A DNA stretch of 64,000 bases from Felis catus (lineage: Eukaryota). Below, one piece after another: positions 12,912-26,684 of the stretch. The position numbers and the translations under genes are program-made. The notes beneath the pieces were generated by a model, which searched no databases, was not told the DNA's origin, and was given only the letters and a program-made list of their open reading frames with translations. The stretch covers positions 107,944,001-108,008,000 of the forward strand of contig NC_058368.1 of NCBI RefSeq assembly GCF_018350175.1, read 5' to 3'. How positions within the stretch are numbered: the stretch's first letter is position 1; each line of letters starts with the position of its first letter.

Positions 12912-12948
<37 letters not shown>

Positions 12949-12973
12949 AACAAAGCCATTAAAAACAATTTTT
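12735..12973 (+). mobile_element. CanSINE
   Basis: Head, (CT)n, A tail; TSD aagaaatcaatcaac. Confidence 0.95.
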
Positions 12974-13049
12974 TTAAAGAAATCAATCAACAGTTTCTCA
13001 CAGCAAGATACAGGCTTCAGAAAACTTCAGCAGGTTCTATCAAGCCTGA

Positions 13050-13390
13050 AAGGTGTCATAAGAAAGAGGGAAATCCTGCCACTGCAACAACATGGATGAA
13101 GCTTGAGTACAATCCACTGAGTGAAATAAGCCAGTCACAGGACAAATACTGAATGAGTCCACTTCTAGGAAGTGTCTAAAGAAGCCACACTCCTGGAAGC
13201 AGAGAGTGCCAAGGACTGAGGGAAGATGGAAATGGGGAGCTGGTATTCAAAGAGCGTAAAGTTTCATTTATGCAAGATGATTAAGGTCTAGAGATCTACT
13301 TTACAACATGGTTGAAAACAGTGTGTGGTACACTTAAAATTTTGTTTAGAGGGAGAATTTCATGTTAAGTGTTCTTACCACAACTTTTTA
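13050..13390 (+). mobile_element. L1 (L1MB-like) 3' end fragment
   Basis: gcaacaacatggatgaagcttgag...gtgaaataagccagtcacag (ORF2 end) followed by 3' UTR. Confidence 0.8.
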
Positions 13391-13490
13391 AAATGGTATA
13401 CACACCTTTATAGGCACGTTTATGTAGTACCTGAGCTTCAAAATAGGTGAAAGTATATTATTCATTGTAGGAGTTCTAAGATTAATTTCT

Positions 13491-15135
13491 CTTTTTAATT
13501 TAATTTAATTTTTATTGAGGTACAATTAACATACATTACATTAGTTTCAAGTGTACATTATTTGATATTTGCAATATGATCAGCATAATAAGTCTGGTTA
13601 ACATCCATCACCATACATACTTAAAAATTTTTTTCTTAGAATGAGAACTCTTAAAATCTATTCTCTTAGCAACTTTCAAATATGCAATACAATATTATTA
13701 ACTATAGTCACCATGCTGCACATTACATCCTCCTAGCTTAATTTTATAACTAGATATTTTTACCCTTTGACTCCTTTCACCCATTTGCCCCGCTATCACT
13801 CCCATTTCTGGCAACCGACAATCTGTTCCTTGTATCTGTGAGCGTGTTTGGTTTTGGTGGGGGTGTGGGGTATTTATTTATTTAAGATTCCACATACAAT
13901 TGAGGGGTGCCTGGGTGGCTCAGTCTGTTGAGCAACCGACTTCGGCTCAGGTCATCATCTCACGGTTTGTGAGTTCAAGCCCCAGGTCGGTCTCTGAGCT
14001 GATAGCTCAGAGCCTGGAGCCTGCTTCTGATTCTGTGTATTCTTTCTCTCTCTGCCCCTCCCCCACTCATGCTCTGTCTCTCTCTGTCTCAGAAATAAAT
14101 AAACATTAAAAAAAATTTAAAAGAGTCCACATACAACTGAGATTTGCAATATTTGTCTTTCTCTGTTTGAGTTCAGTTAGCAAAATTCCCTCAAGGTCCA
14201 TATTCCATTGTGTGTGTGTGTGTGTGTGTGTGTATCACATTTTCCTTATCCATTCATTCATCAGTGGACACTTAGTTTGTTGCATATTTTGTCTATTGTA
14301 AATAATGCTGCAGTGAACAAGAGGGGGAAAACATATATCTTTTTCATTTAGTGTTTCCATTTTCTTTAGATAGATACCCAGAGGTGGGATTGCTGGATCA
14401 TATGGTAGTTCTATTTTTAATTTGGGGGAACCTCCATACAGTTTTCCATAGTGGCTATACCAATTTACATTCATGCCAAGAGTACACGAGAATTCCCTTT
14501 CCTCTACATCCTGGTCAACACTTATTTCTTGTCTTTTTCATACTAGCCATTCGACCAGACTCGAGGTAGTATCTCATTATGGTTTCAATTTGCATTTCCA
14601 TGGCAATTAGTCATGTTGAGCATCTTTTCATGGGTGCTGGCCATCTGTATGTCTTCTTTGCAAAAATGTCTATTCAGATCCTCTGCCCATTTTTTAAGCA
14701 AATTATTCATATTTTTACTATTAAGCTATATGAGTTCTTATATATATTATGGATGTTAACTCCTTGTCAGATATATGATTTCAACTATCTTCTTCCATTC
14801 TGTATGTTACCTTCTCATTTTGTTGATGGTTTTCTTTGCTGTGCAAGAGCTTTTTAGTTTGATGTAGTCCCACTTGTTTATTTTTTGTTTTGTTCTCTTT
14901 AGTTGGGGTGTAAAATCCAAAAAGTCACTGCCAAGACCTCTGTCAAGGAGCTGACTGCCTATGTTTTCTTCTAGGAGTTTTATGGTTTCAGGGCTTACAT
15001 TCTACTCTTTAATCTATTTGGGGTTGATTGTTGTTTATGGAGTAAGATAGAATGGTCCAGTTTCATTCTTTCGCATATGACTGTCCACTTTTCCCCACAC
15101 CATTAATTGAAGAGATTGTCCTTTTCCCATTTGAT
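13491..15135 (-). mobile_element. 5'-truncated L1 (L1MA/carnivore type) with TSD
   Basis: polyT, 3' UTR and ORF2 C-terminal remnant ([14 protein letters not shown]); TSD taagattaatttct at 13477-13490 and 15136-15149. Confidence 0.9.
13904..14121 (+). mobile_element. CanSINE nested in L1
   Basis: TSD aga(t/g)tccacatacaa. Confidence 0.95.
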
Positions 15136-15281
15136 TAAGATTAATTTCTTAAAACAATTAATTAAAGAAACATATGCCTGACAGGTCTATGTGTATGAGA
15201 TTGCTGGGTGATCATCATGTCTCAGATATTTCGTATGTATAGACCAAGTGTGGCCAGACTGGTTATTACGTAGGAAATAGA

Positions 15282-15400
15282 GATTCATTCATCAAATAGT
15301 TACTGAATACCTGTTCTATACCAGACACTATTCTAGGACCTGGAAATTAAGCAGTTAATGAAAGAGTGTTCAATCCCTGCACTCAAGGAGCCATATTCTT
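15282..15400 (-). mobile_element. L2 3' end fragment
   Basis: attcattcatcaaatagttactgaatacc...ccctgcactcaaggag. Confidence 0.7.
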
Positions 15401-18105
15401 GTTGTGTTTATATCTGCGGTGGTTTACTGTCACCACAACAACCCTGTGCTTGGACTCATTGGTGCCCAAAAGGTTTAGTTTGGGTTAGTTGAGGTTTGGC
15501 CATGCCTTTGGATTTCCGCCTGATTTGATACTAGGCTTGGATTAAGGGTCCTTCTCCTTGGCTGGAGAGCATCAACAGTTATTGCTCGGGTGAAGGTGGG
15601 GTGCAAGGTTTCAGGCTCCCACATGGACTTACGTCCATGCCTTCCCTGGCTCAGCCACTCAGCTCAACCCAAAATGGTTCCTCACCCCCAAGTAAAAAAA
15701 CTTTTTTCTAATGAAATTTGGCTTTTTTTTAATATTTCTTTTGGCAATTTCTAGACCATATTGTCCTTCTTAAATATATACATCATACTTAAGGATATAA
15801 CTTAGATGCATTAGGTACCATTTGATTTCATGAAGTGTTAATTAGCTATTTATGGTTATGATTTTGTGCAGAAACTCCTGAACATTATAAGGATTCTGCT
15901 TGGCCATACAGAGACTAACCTTATGGTACGTTCAGTCCATCAGTGAGATTAGACTAGTTATTATGTAAAAAGAAAGACTGCTTTCTTTACTAAACACAGG
16001 ATTTATTTTTAAGCCAATGGAATCTCTTAGATTTTTAAATCTATTCACATGAAATCCCTAGGAAATAATATCTGAGAATATATATTTTTATCTCCATTTT
16101 AAAATTTTGGCAATACGGTACACATACATATACATACAGAATTTCTCCCTCTATGCATATTACATCATTGTCTGAAAATATTGAAAAGTTTACAAAGTCA
16201 ACCATGTATCAAATTCTAGGATGTGAGAGCATTTGAATTTGCCTATGTGGTTTCTACTGGTTTTTAATATTTATAAATACACTTTTTAAAAACATTTAAA
16301 TCAACTGGTGGAATGATTTCCAATGTTTTTCCTTATTAACTAAAGTATTTTGACTTAGATAGATGTCCACTTTGCTAGTTTCCTTTTCTATTGTTATTGG
16401 AACATGTGTCATAAATGCAGGGTTAGAGTCTCATCAAAGAAGATGCTTAAGGGTCTGTGGGATGCATCAAACAGTGTGGCAAAATTAGTATTAATGGACT
16501 TCTTTGGCAACAGTTTAGAGAAACAGAATAAGTAGAATATTATCGTATAGGGTGTTATAATAATAGTGAATACTCTACTGATGATACTTTCAGGATTATG
16601 TGATACCAGATTGAATGTTATAAGTAAGACAGCAGAGAGACAGCAAAGAATGAAGTATTTATTTCCTATATTTTCATTGGTAATTAGAGAAAATCAAATT
16701 CAGTGAGGTTTTGGGCAGTGAATTTTAGGCCAGAGACCCTTAGGACAAGGTTAAAGGAACAGGCTTACTGGTCCTTCTCCTACACTGCACTCTAACAACT
16801 TGCAACCACTAAATGTTAATGTTTTTTTGCTACTAAACAAAACCATAAAGGAAATAGGAGGTTGTTTACACTCCCTATTAAGGAGTCTTTGATGCCTAGA
16901 GATGACTCTAAGTTCAAATGCCAGGCCCTGACTAGTGCTCTAAGTAACGTGAAACATGTGAGAAACCCTGCAGGGGTGCGTGTCCCAGAATCATTGTAGA
17001 AACCTGTTACTCAAGTAAATCATGACATGTGTGACATATATGAAGATAGCTGCAGTGTCCTGTGCTCAAGCATAAACAGGAACAGAGTGAGTCACCCCTG
17101 GAGGATGAGTGACTGAGGGGGCCATTTGAGGGAAGGAGTAAGAGTGTGAATCATTTATGAGTGTCTTGGAAAACGCACAGCTTACTGTATGAGATTCTAA
17201 TTTTGACACCTGGAATTTGACCGCTGCAGGTGTTGTTATCTTTTAGCCTCCACAGTGCACCCCTGCGGTCTATCATAAATCGAGATGATTGTATTCATCA
17301 GTGTTCTAACCTGCGGCTCACACTCATGCACACAAGCTCTAAACCCAGTCTTCCATTGCGTCCTGGGTCCCTTCTTTTTTCCACTTACGGAAAGTGCAGA
17401 GGAAAACCTGAGAAATGTTGGCCTACTGCCAGGAAAGTAGCAGCAAATTTGGAAGAATAATGATTCTTAAACATAGTGTTAGAATGCTAGAATACTGGTC
17501 TAGCTGAATCCAGTTGTAGAGTATATCACAAAATCTAAATGGTGACTCATACACTTAAGCATCTCAGTAATTGCACTTATGGATGAAGTGGTCTGTTATT
17601 ATCCTTGTTCTTCCTGGTGTCTCTAGAGTACTTTCCATATACTCAAAACCAGCAGATCTGTACGTTCCTCTCCATGGCCACCCCTCTACCACCTAAAGAA
17701 ATTTTTCTCAGTTCTCCCATTCCCCAGGTGCCCAGTAATGTGCTACTTTATTGCCTTTCCTCTGTACCTGGAGCTGTCTTGCTTTTGTTTCAGAAATGGG
17801 GGAATAGCTACTCCCAAGATAATGTTAAGCTTGGTCTCAGAGTTTCAGAGCAGCAGGTCTTGGGCCCTAAGACTTTTATGGAAAACCCCCTTCAGCTTCT
17901 GCTTGCTGCCTTCTCCGTAGGAATCAGACCTGGTGCTCATGACCAGGACACCCCGCTGGTTCTCTCCATGGGCCTGGTTTCCCCATCTCATACATAGCAT
18001 CCACACACTAACAGATTCTACCCAGAGGCCCTCTTACCCCATGCTTACCAACTAGAACCCATTTGGACCTAGGTGTGATACCCAGCTGTCAGTCCAATGT
18101 AGTGA

Positions 18106-18117
18106 AGTGACGTCACT
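18106..18117. promoter_or_regulatory. Full palindromic CRE (AGTGACGTCACT) with CCAAT just upstream
   Basis: Motif seen directly (CCAAT at 18094-18098); function unproven. Confidence 0.3.
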
Positions 18118-18569
18118 AAGTTTATACCAAGATGTAACAATGTGTAGAGCCATGTGGACCAACAAACTGTTGATGTGGCTGGGGATTGGGCAGGTGTGGA
18201 ATGAGTGAGTAAAGAAGAATGATAAAACATGAAGTGAGAAAATTAGTTTGGGGCAAAACCATTCAGACCTTTGAACACTATGCTGTATTTGGTATTTGGT
18301 AGATTTAATAGAAATCATTAAAAGTTTTTAATACAAGTAAGTAACATGGTTAGTTCTGTTTTTTGAAAGATGTCCTTGGCAGCAATGTGAGATCAAATAA
18401 CCTAGGGACATGCAGTTAGACTGATGGAATAGCACAAGGAAGAAATAATGAAATCTTGGTAACATTCGTGCACTTGGATTAATAAGAATGCTAGGATATT
18501 TATTATTTACTACCTGGTAGTTACCAAACTGAAACCTAGGGGCCAAAAAAACCCCAAAAAACCTAAGAG

Positions 18570-18772
18570 GTTAAAAGCATGAACTTTCAGTCAGACTGGG
18601 TTTGAATCCTGGTTGAACACTTACTGTGTATGTGACCTTCAACAAGCTGTTTAACCTCTGTTTTTTCAGTTTCCTTATCTATCAAATGAGAGGAATAATA
18701 TGACCTATCTCATTAAGTTGCTGTGGTAATTGAGATGATATATGTGTTTTAGAATAGTGCCTGATACATAGT
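18570..18772 (+). mobile_element. MIR
   Basis: ctgggtttgaatcctgg...tgtgaccttcaacaag...tttccttatctatcaaatg...agtgcctgatacatag. Confidence 0.85.
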
Positions 18773-19615
18773 CTTATTCTTTTTTCTATTCTTATTTTTA
18801 TTAGTATCATTATTTCCCAAGATCATATAGCTTATAAACAGTGGAACTGCTGTTTACATTTTGGTTCAAGTCCCACTGTTAAAATACTCTGCTAGACAGA
18901 AGGGCATATCAGAGTGAGAGCCAACAAAAAAAATATAAAAGATAAGAATGACCGGAGGTTTCTTGTTTGGGTAGCTTTCCAGGAGAGGAGGGAAAATAAA
19001 AAAAAAACCACGGGAAGAAAAACTTCCTTGAAGAAGGGATTGATTAACAATGTCATATGCAGTGCCATATGGCAAGCTCAATTAGTGCTAACAAGTGATT
19101 GAATTTCCAAAAGGGATAGATGGGGAGAGAAGTAGGTATCCTTGATCAAAGAATCATATTCATCTAACTTCTTGGCAGGGCATTGCTTTAGTCAGGGAAG
19201 AAGAGAATTTTTACCTAGAAAACAGAATGGAATGTGATCCCAATGATAATTGGGAGAGATCATTAACAGCTATCCTCTTTGCTTTTAGAGAGAAATATCT
19301 ATCTTCAACCCTGTGAATTCCAATTTTGTGATTCTTATTTTTTTATATAAATACCAGCATTTTAGTATCCTTGGGATCTGCCCAGGCAAATACGTGGAAC
19401 TGAGAAAAACACAGGCCAACACAGAGTTGATGGATTTACTTATAAGGTTTTTAAAAATAAACTTTAGTATCAGTAGCATAAGGATGCAAAACTAGAGTTT
19501 GAGTTTCTCTCATAAAATGAGAAAAATTTTCTTGCATTATTGGTCTACTCCTAATAAGAAGTTGTAAAAGCTTTTTCTTTACCTTTTGAATAATTGACTT
19601 TCAAGACATAACACA

Positions 19616-19830
19616 GGGGCACCGGGGTAGCTCAATCGGTTAAGTATCCGACTCTTGATTTTGACTTGGGTCATGACCTCACGGCTCATGGGTTTGAGCC
19701 CTTTGTCAGGCTCTGCGCTGCCAGTGCAAAGCCTGCTTGGGATTCTCTCTTTCTTCTCTCTCTCTCTCTCTGCCCCTCCCCAGTTCACACTCTCTCTCTC
19801 TCTCAAAATAAATGAACTTAAAAAAAAAAA
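19616..19830 (+). mobile_element. CanSINE
   Basis: TSD caagaca(t/c)aacaca. Confidence 0.95.
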
Positions 19831-20124
19831 CTCACAAGACACAACACAATCTGTATCTTAGAATTATTTCTTGTTCTTTGTGTTGATGTTATCATATCCT
19901 TGATTATTTAAAAGAAACAAATCTTATTTTTTAATGACTTAAAGTGTTTTTTTACCATCAAGTTATATCTTATATTTACTTTTTAAATCTTTTATTTTCA
20001 CTTAGATTACTAAGTAACTAAATATTGCTTCTCCGTGACTCATGATTTTATTTACCAAGTGTTCAAACTTGACAACTTTGGTATATTTTTCTTCATGAAG
20101 TAAAATCCTAAAGGAAATCTTCTT

Positions 20125-20950
20125 TCTTTTTAAACATGCTTTATTGAAGTATGATTGGCATACAAAAAAGCTGTATATTTAATGTATACAACTTGATGAA
20201 TTTGAAGATCAGTACCCATCTATGAAACCAGCACCATAATCAATACCATAAACATATACATTATCCCTAAAAGTTTCCTCTGGCTCTCTTTATTTGTTAT
20301 TATTTTATTTTTTGTGATAAAAACACTTAACATAAGATCTGTTCTCTTAAAAAAATTTTAAGTGTACAATAAAGTATTGTTAACCAAAGACATTATGCTA
20401 TATAGTAGATCTCTAGGATTTATTCATTTTGCATAACTGTAACCTTGTACCCTTTGAGTAATACCTCCCATTTCCTCTCTCCCCTTTCCCCTGCCCCTGC
20501 CCTGCCAAACACTATTCTACTCTCTGCACTATTCTTCTATGAGTGACTATTTTAGATTCTTCATGTAAGTGGTATCATGTAGTATTTATCCTTCTCTATC
20601 TGGCTTATTTCACTTAGCATAATGTCCTCCAGTTCATCCACATTGTTGCAAACGGCAGGATTTCCTTTTTTAGTGGATGAATCTTGTTCTATTCTATGTA
20701 TGTACGTTTTCTTTATCCATTCATCCGTTAATGAACACTTAGGTTGCTTCCATGTCTTGGCTATTGTGAATAATGCTGCAGTGAACATGAGAGTACAGAT
20801 ATCTCTTTGAAATCCTGATTCAGTTATTTTGAACATACACCTAGAAGTAAGAATTCTGGATCATATGGTAGTTCTATTTTTAGTCTTTTTTCAGGAGCCT
20901 CCACATTGTTTTCCTTAGTGGCTGCCCCAGTTTACATTCCCACCAACCAA
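20125..20950 (-). mobile_element. L1 3' end (L1MA/carnivore type)
   Basis: ORF2 C-terminal remnant [18 protein letters not shown] (ORF 20561..20836) plus 3' UTR. Confidence 0.9.
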
Positions 20951-21535
20951 ACTACCTTGCTCAGTTGCATTATTTTTGTAATGAAGTCACATCAGATCTT
21001 TAACCACAGCCATTTGAGGTCTTTTGTTATACACAGATTTGTTTGTTTGTTTTACTCTAATCCTTCTCTGAAAGCACTTGCACTTAGCTATAGATCAGAA
21101 TTCTTTGTCTGCAACATAAAGAGACTATTTCTGAGACCCATGGAAAGGGCTATGCCAGGTACTCTGAGGCACAAACTCCTGAGGACATTGCTTAATAACT
21201 TTAAGATCATTCCACTGGACTGAGTCAGAATGTCTGTAACTCTGGTGGAGATACTGATGGGTTCATGAGACTGCTAACCCATGATCAAGCAGGACAAGAA
21301 TTAATTATATAGTAGTGAAGGAACTGATGAAGGATGATTATAGGTTTTGTTTGGAATATTGCTGATGTTTTAATGTTCTGTTTTCTGGATGTAAGGAACT
21401 CCTTTCTTTTTCTCTTAAGGTTTCTATAACTCATAACAACTTAGTACAGTATGCTTTTGAAAACAGAAATAAAATATTTGTCTTTTTTTCCCTGCCTGAT
21501 TCCTCCAGAATTCCTCCAGAAACTCTTCCTGGGTA

Positions 21536-22761
21536 CAGCAAAACCTTGGATTGTGAGTAACTTGGTCTGCAAGTGTTCCTCAAGACATGCAGACATTTCT
21601 AATAAATTTTAACTAGATAAACGAGCAATGTCTTGCAATGTGACTATTACGTGATCACATGATCACAACTGAGCCAGTGGCTCTTCTCTCTCTCTCTTGC
21701 TCTGGAATTTTGGGTGATCGTCTCCGATGCCCAGATGCTCGGTCTCAGGCCACAGTGTTTGGCAGAAATCAGTGATTTTTCAGAATGTTGGAAGGTGCCC
21801 ATAACTGGCACTAGTGTATTTTTTGTCACTTCAAAGACCTATGGACAGTCCTTTGCTTTTCCATACAAGAGTAAGCTTAGGAATGCTTTGCTTCATTCTA
21901 GGTCAGGCTGCCTGCAGATATAGACCATTTCATCTGCTGCCTTATTGCCAGTTATATGAAATACAGTATATAACAAGAGTTTATTAATACTGTGCTATAG
22001 TCAACATCCATACAAGCATATACAATGGCCCCCATGCAGAAAAAGGTTGAAAAGAAAGGCGGTAAGAAGGAGATGATTACGGTGGAAGTTAAGAAAGAAA
22101 TCATGGAGAACTATAAATGAGGTATGCAAGTGGCCGAAATTGCAAGATTTTATAAGAAATCTATATTTGCATCTTATGTGCAGAGGAGGAGGAGAAAAAG
22201 GCAGAGGAATCCCTCACTTCAAATGAGATTAGGGAGATGTGTAAAATGTGGGAAACTGCAAAATTTTGTAGAAAAGCACCACTCAACTAAGACTATAGCA
22301 GTGTGGGTGATAAATCTATTTTGCGACAATGCAATGTCACATTTCCATGAAATCCTCAAAAGGAGGCAAAAGCAATTGCCATTGGATAGGTTCCTTGTTA
22401 AAGCTGCACTAAATGAAAAAGATTCCATTGAGCCATAGATAGCACTGGTTCCATTGGTTATAGTGAAAGTCATCCTACACAATAACCCTCTTCTCTCTTG
22501 TCTCCCTCATACCAGCCACAAAGGTTTTCAAAGAGAAGTGCAGGTTAATTTGCTTATTTTTCTTTGTATTTTGCATTTTCCTTATTATTTTATATTATAT
22601 TACAGTATTGTAATCATTTTTGTAGGAACATTTTTGGGCTGTGGAATGAATTATCTGAGTTTCCATGATTTCTTATGGGGAAATTCGCTTTGATATACAA
22701 GTGTTTTGGATTACAAGCATGTTTCTGAAACAAATTATGCTCGCCAACCAAAGTTTCACTG
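21536..22761 (+). mobile_element. Tigger/pogo-type Tc1-mariner DNA transposon, internally deleted
   Basis: TA at both flanks (21534-35, 22762-63); imperfect TIRs cagcaaaaccttggattgtgag / ctcgccaaccaaagtttcactg; transposase remnants inside. Confidence 0.9.
22025..22438 (+). pseudogene. Tigger (TIGD1-like) transposase remnant: N-terminal HTH joined to C-terminus, catalytic domain deleted
   Basis: MAPMQKKVEKKGGKKEMITVEVKKEIMENYK*GMQVAEIARFYKKS then LQNFVEKHH...FHEILKRRQKQLPLDRFLVK. Confidence 0.85.
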
Positions 22762-24162
22762 TATATTTATTTTATTGCAATATAATTCTTGTAGGTTCAT
22801 TAAGAATCTGTCCTCCTTATAGCAGGACATAACTGGAAACATTGGCTTTAACTGGAATGTCATATTTGACAGTGATGTGCCTAGAATCAGATATGATCAG
22901 AGAGTTTTAAGGAACTAAGGTTGACTTTATGGCATCAATACTTATAAAGCTCTCTTGGGAAAAGTGGCCTGGCATCTGGCTTATCTCATTCCCAGCTTTA
23001 TAGGTGAGTAAGGAAGATCACTTCCTGGAAGACAAAGGAGTTTTAGGGTCTTGTGGAGACCTCAGGAAGAGAGGAATTCACCTAAGTCCATAAATACTGC
23101 AGGTGAAATCTGATAGCAAATTCTTGGCTTGGATTTTTTTTTTTTTGGCTTGGATTTCTTATGAAAACTTCCTGTAAAGTAAATTTTAAAAGATCTACAT
23201 AATCTATTAATCTTCATGCTGTATGAACATAAATAATCAAACCAGATCTAATGAGACTCGACTTATTTTATGATTGAACATAATCTCAATTTTATTATCT
23301 TCTATTGAAAGAGCATAAACTGTAGAGAGGAATTTAATGTTTCAGTAGAAAACTATAGCTCACCCTTGTAGCTTATCAGATTTGAGTCCTGTTCATTGTC
23401 TTTGAGTGATTATGCACCTCTATATAAATCACATGATTTTGTTACGTACCTATACATTACATTCAATCCTGTCATCTTTCACAAATTGGTAATCCTTACC
23501 AAATTTTAAATGTTTGCAGTTTCCTTCAATATTTGAGTACAACTCTACTAACTTATGCTTCCAACTTTTTCTGGCCCTCCTGACTTTGGCATCACTGAAA
23601 ACTATAAAGTCTGACTGCCCAGATCCTTTTGGGATTCCGTATCATTTCATAGCTGGCCTTTTCCCCCAGGATCTGAAGAAGCCTTGCAAGCTGAAGTTGG
23701 ATTGCTTGAAGCTTATGCCAGAGCTGATCATGTGTGGGCACACTTTGTACCTAGACCTGCTGCTGGGTGGGCCACTCAGAACATTCACTGGAACCTCCAT
23801 TCTCTGCTGCAGGAAATAGCCATGACTATGGGCGATCTTACCAAAATCTTTCTTATGTCACACCAAAAACATTGAGACTGCAAATGAAGAATCTATTGGA
23901 TTACCACTGCCATCCTTACCCCACTGTCTAAACACATTTCAAGCCCATTGTCTAGAGATCTTCTCAACTTGCTGAGCTCTGGTCTTAGAAACTGAGTTTA
24001 AAGTCTGGCCCAACCACTAATCTTTGTTTTTCTTTCTATTTCTATAGGAATCCCCCTCATTAAATGCCCAATTGCTTGTGCCATCCAGCAAAACTTTCTG
24101 TTGCCAAGACTCAGCAGATAGTTCAGTTAGTCCTTCAACAACAGAAATGTTCTTTAAAAAAA

Positions 24163-24376
24163 ATTTTTTTTAATGTTTATTCATCTTTGAGAGAGACAGA
24201 GACAGAGACAGAGAGACAGAGCATGAGTGGGGTAGGGGCAGAGAGAGAGGGAGACACAGAATCCAAGGCAGGGTCCAGGCTCACAGAGCCCAACTTGGGG
24301 CTGAAACTCACAAACCATGAGATCATGACCTGAGTTCGACATCAGATGCATAACCAACTGAGCCACCCAGGCACCC
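24163..24376 (-). mobile_element. CanSINE nested in ERV
   Basis: TSD aacagaa(a/t)tgttctt. Confidence 0.95.
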
Positions 24377-24425
24377 AAGAACAGAATTGTTCTTCAACTG
24401 GTTACCCTTGAATGAAAGAGGGGAG

Positions 24426-24958
24426 TGACCAAGATGATCTTAGCGTTCTCCTCAGCTTGACCAAATGTTAGGCAGGTTCCTTTCTGTCTCTAGGCCTCTG
24501 ACCTGTCTTTCCTTCGAGTGTTTACTTCACTTAAATTATTCTCTGTCCTTTTAAGATGTAATTTTTTTTTTAAGCCTCTTGTCAATCTTGCAGTATAGGA
24601 CTTTCTTAAGGACCTGGGGGCCATCCCTTTTGAAAGGTCATCAAATCATCAGTGATAATAGTGCCCCTATCATTCAATTTCTCTGGGAGAATAGAAGCCT
24701 AACTTCAATGGGTGCCTTGATCCAAGTTGTAAAACTACCTCCTGTCACAAAGATAGGAGAAAGTTTATCCTTCCTTTGAGTAAGTTCCATTGGCAAACAC
24801 AGGGAACATATGTTCTCCTGCTCATCCCAGCTTTGAAAAAACTCTTCTGACCTTTGCTTCAGTAGAGTTCAGACCAGTTTGGGGTTTTTTCTATGTTGGT
24901 AATAACCTTGAATGAAGTTTTCCTTGCCTATTTAACTTTGTCAGTTTTTGCTTTGACA
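24426..24958 (+). mobile_element. 3' LTR of the MER4-group ERV (MER31/MER34-like)
   Basis: Starts TG immediately after the polypurine tract; ends ttttgctttgaca. Confidence 0.75.
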
Positions 24959-25092
24959 AAATGAAACCCGCAAGACCTTTCAGTGGTCCTCAGATGACCT
25001 TGGATGCTATATCAAATATATAAATTATTTTGGACCTACACATCTAAAGTTTAAAATTATACAAACTAAAGGCAATAAACATGTTTAATCCA

Positions 25093-25306
25093 GGGCACCT
25101 GGGTGGCTCAGTTGATTGAGCATCCATCTTTGGCTCAGGTCATGATCTCACAGTTTGCAGGTTTGAGCCCCCATTGGGCTCTGTGCTGACAGCTCAGAGC
25201 CTGGAGCCTGCTTTGGATTTTCTGTCTCCCTCTCTCTCTCTGCCCCTCTCCCACTCATTCTGTCTCCTCTCTCTCTCAAAAATAAATAAAAACACTTTTA
25301 AAAAAC
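25093..25306 (+). mobile_element. CanSINE
   Basis: SINE consensus. Confidence 0.95.
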
Positions 25307-26684
25307 GCTTAATTAATATGGCTCATGATGCAGGTAAATATTTTTTCACTTACCTACGCTCCCATGTTACCGGATAGATTGTTGTTTTACAATCCAAGCA
25401 GAATTCTTTGAAATTTCACCAAAAATATTTGTATTACCCTATTCCCTGAGGTAATGACCTTAGGATTTCTGAAACCCAGAATGTTGCTCTCTCATAAGCA
25501 GCAGCACCCACCTGGGTTCCTGAAAGTCTTATTGACGCTATGGCTTTGATCACCTACCTGGACTCCTATCTTAGCTAGTTACAAAGGCATATATATAAGC
25601 TCTGAGCATTCCTTTTACTCTTTCTTTTAAAGCTTAACCTGAGGAAGATTCATGAAATCAGTTTCATGGTTTACGCCAGCAAAATATAAAGGATGAGGAA
25701 AGGGCAAGTGGAATGATGCAAGAGAGAGAGCAGCAGGGGAACATATATCCTACAAAGGAATATATTTACTTCAAATCAGTTCACTTTACAATTTTTTCCA
25801 CTCCCCGGTAAAAGTTTTATGCCCCCTTCCCTTAACACCTGGGCATAATTTCTTTTCCTTAGGGGTGAACTGATTGTGTAAAATGTGTCATGAACAGTAT
25901 TTGAACAATTTTCCATAAGAAACTGTTTCTAAAACTTCCATGATAACATATTCATTGCCTGTTTTTAGTGTTTTATTGTCTTCTGTAATGCTTAATTTTT
26001 CTACCCTTATACCATATTTTAAATTTTTTACTTTCTCTAGTCCATCTTCTGAATGCAAGCTATTTTACTTTTCTTAGTTATATTAATTGAATCCTAAAAT
26101 TTGAAGTGCATTTTTCATAAATATCTAGTATAAATGTCAATTTAGTATTTCCACATAGTTTCAAAGGAAAGACCACATGATCAAAGCTATGAAAGAATTT
26201 CAGCATAATCAGACCATAAATGCCATTCGAATAAGGCAGAAAGGCAGCTGCAGTGATTTATTCCTCTGAAGCTGAAAGTCTTCGCATAATTCAACAGGTA
26301 TAGAGAGAAATCCTTAAAGGTCTATTTTGTTTCCCTTGTGGCATTATTTCTTAAATTACACAAACTATTTAAGCAATTATTCATTATTTCTTTGCAGCCA
26401 TTTTCATCTTCGCAATTGACTTGTCTCATAATTTCATGACTCAATGCATTTTAATGGCTTTTCATGACCTACGCGCTAAAGAGTAAAACTACATGTTTCC
26501 ATTTTGAAATAAAGGACATGCTTTCAGAAATATTAAAAGGAAAAAGCAAAAACAAATGATTTTTCATTGGTTAGCACATTGCTTTTTCCTAAACATGTTT
26601 GATCTCAGTCTCTCCCTACCTCCTCTCCTATTTTCTTATAATACCTATTTATACTCTGCTGTGATAGTATTCTAAAGAACACAC

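Larger units (their letters stand above)
20955..24425 (+). mobile_element. ERV1 MER4-group non-coding internal region (interrupted by Tigger and SINE)
   Basis: Phrases typical of MER4-group internals (atcagatctttaacc, aagaatctgtcctccttatagcaggac, aggaactaaggttgacttt); ends in purine tract gaaagaggggag before the LTR. Confidence 0.7.
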
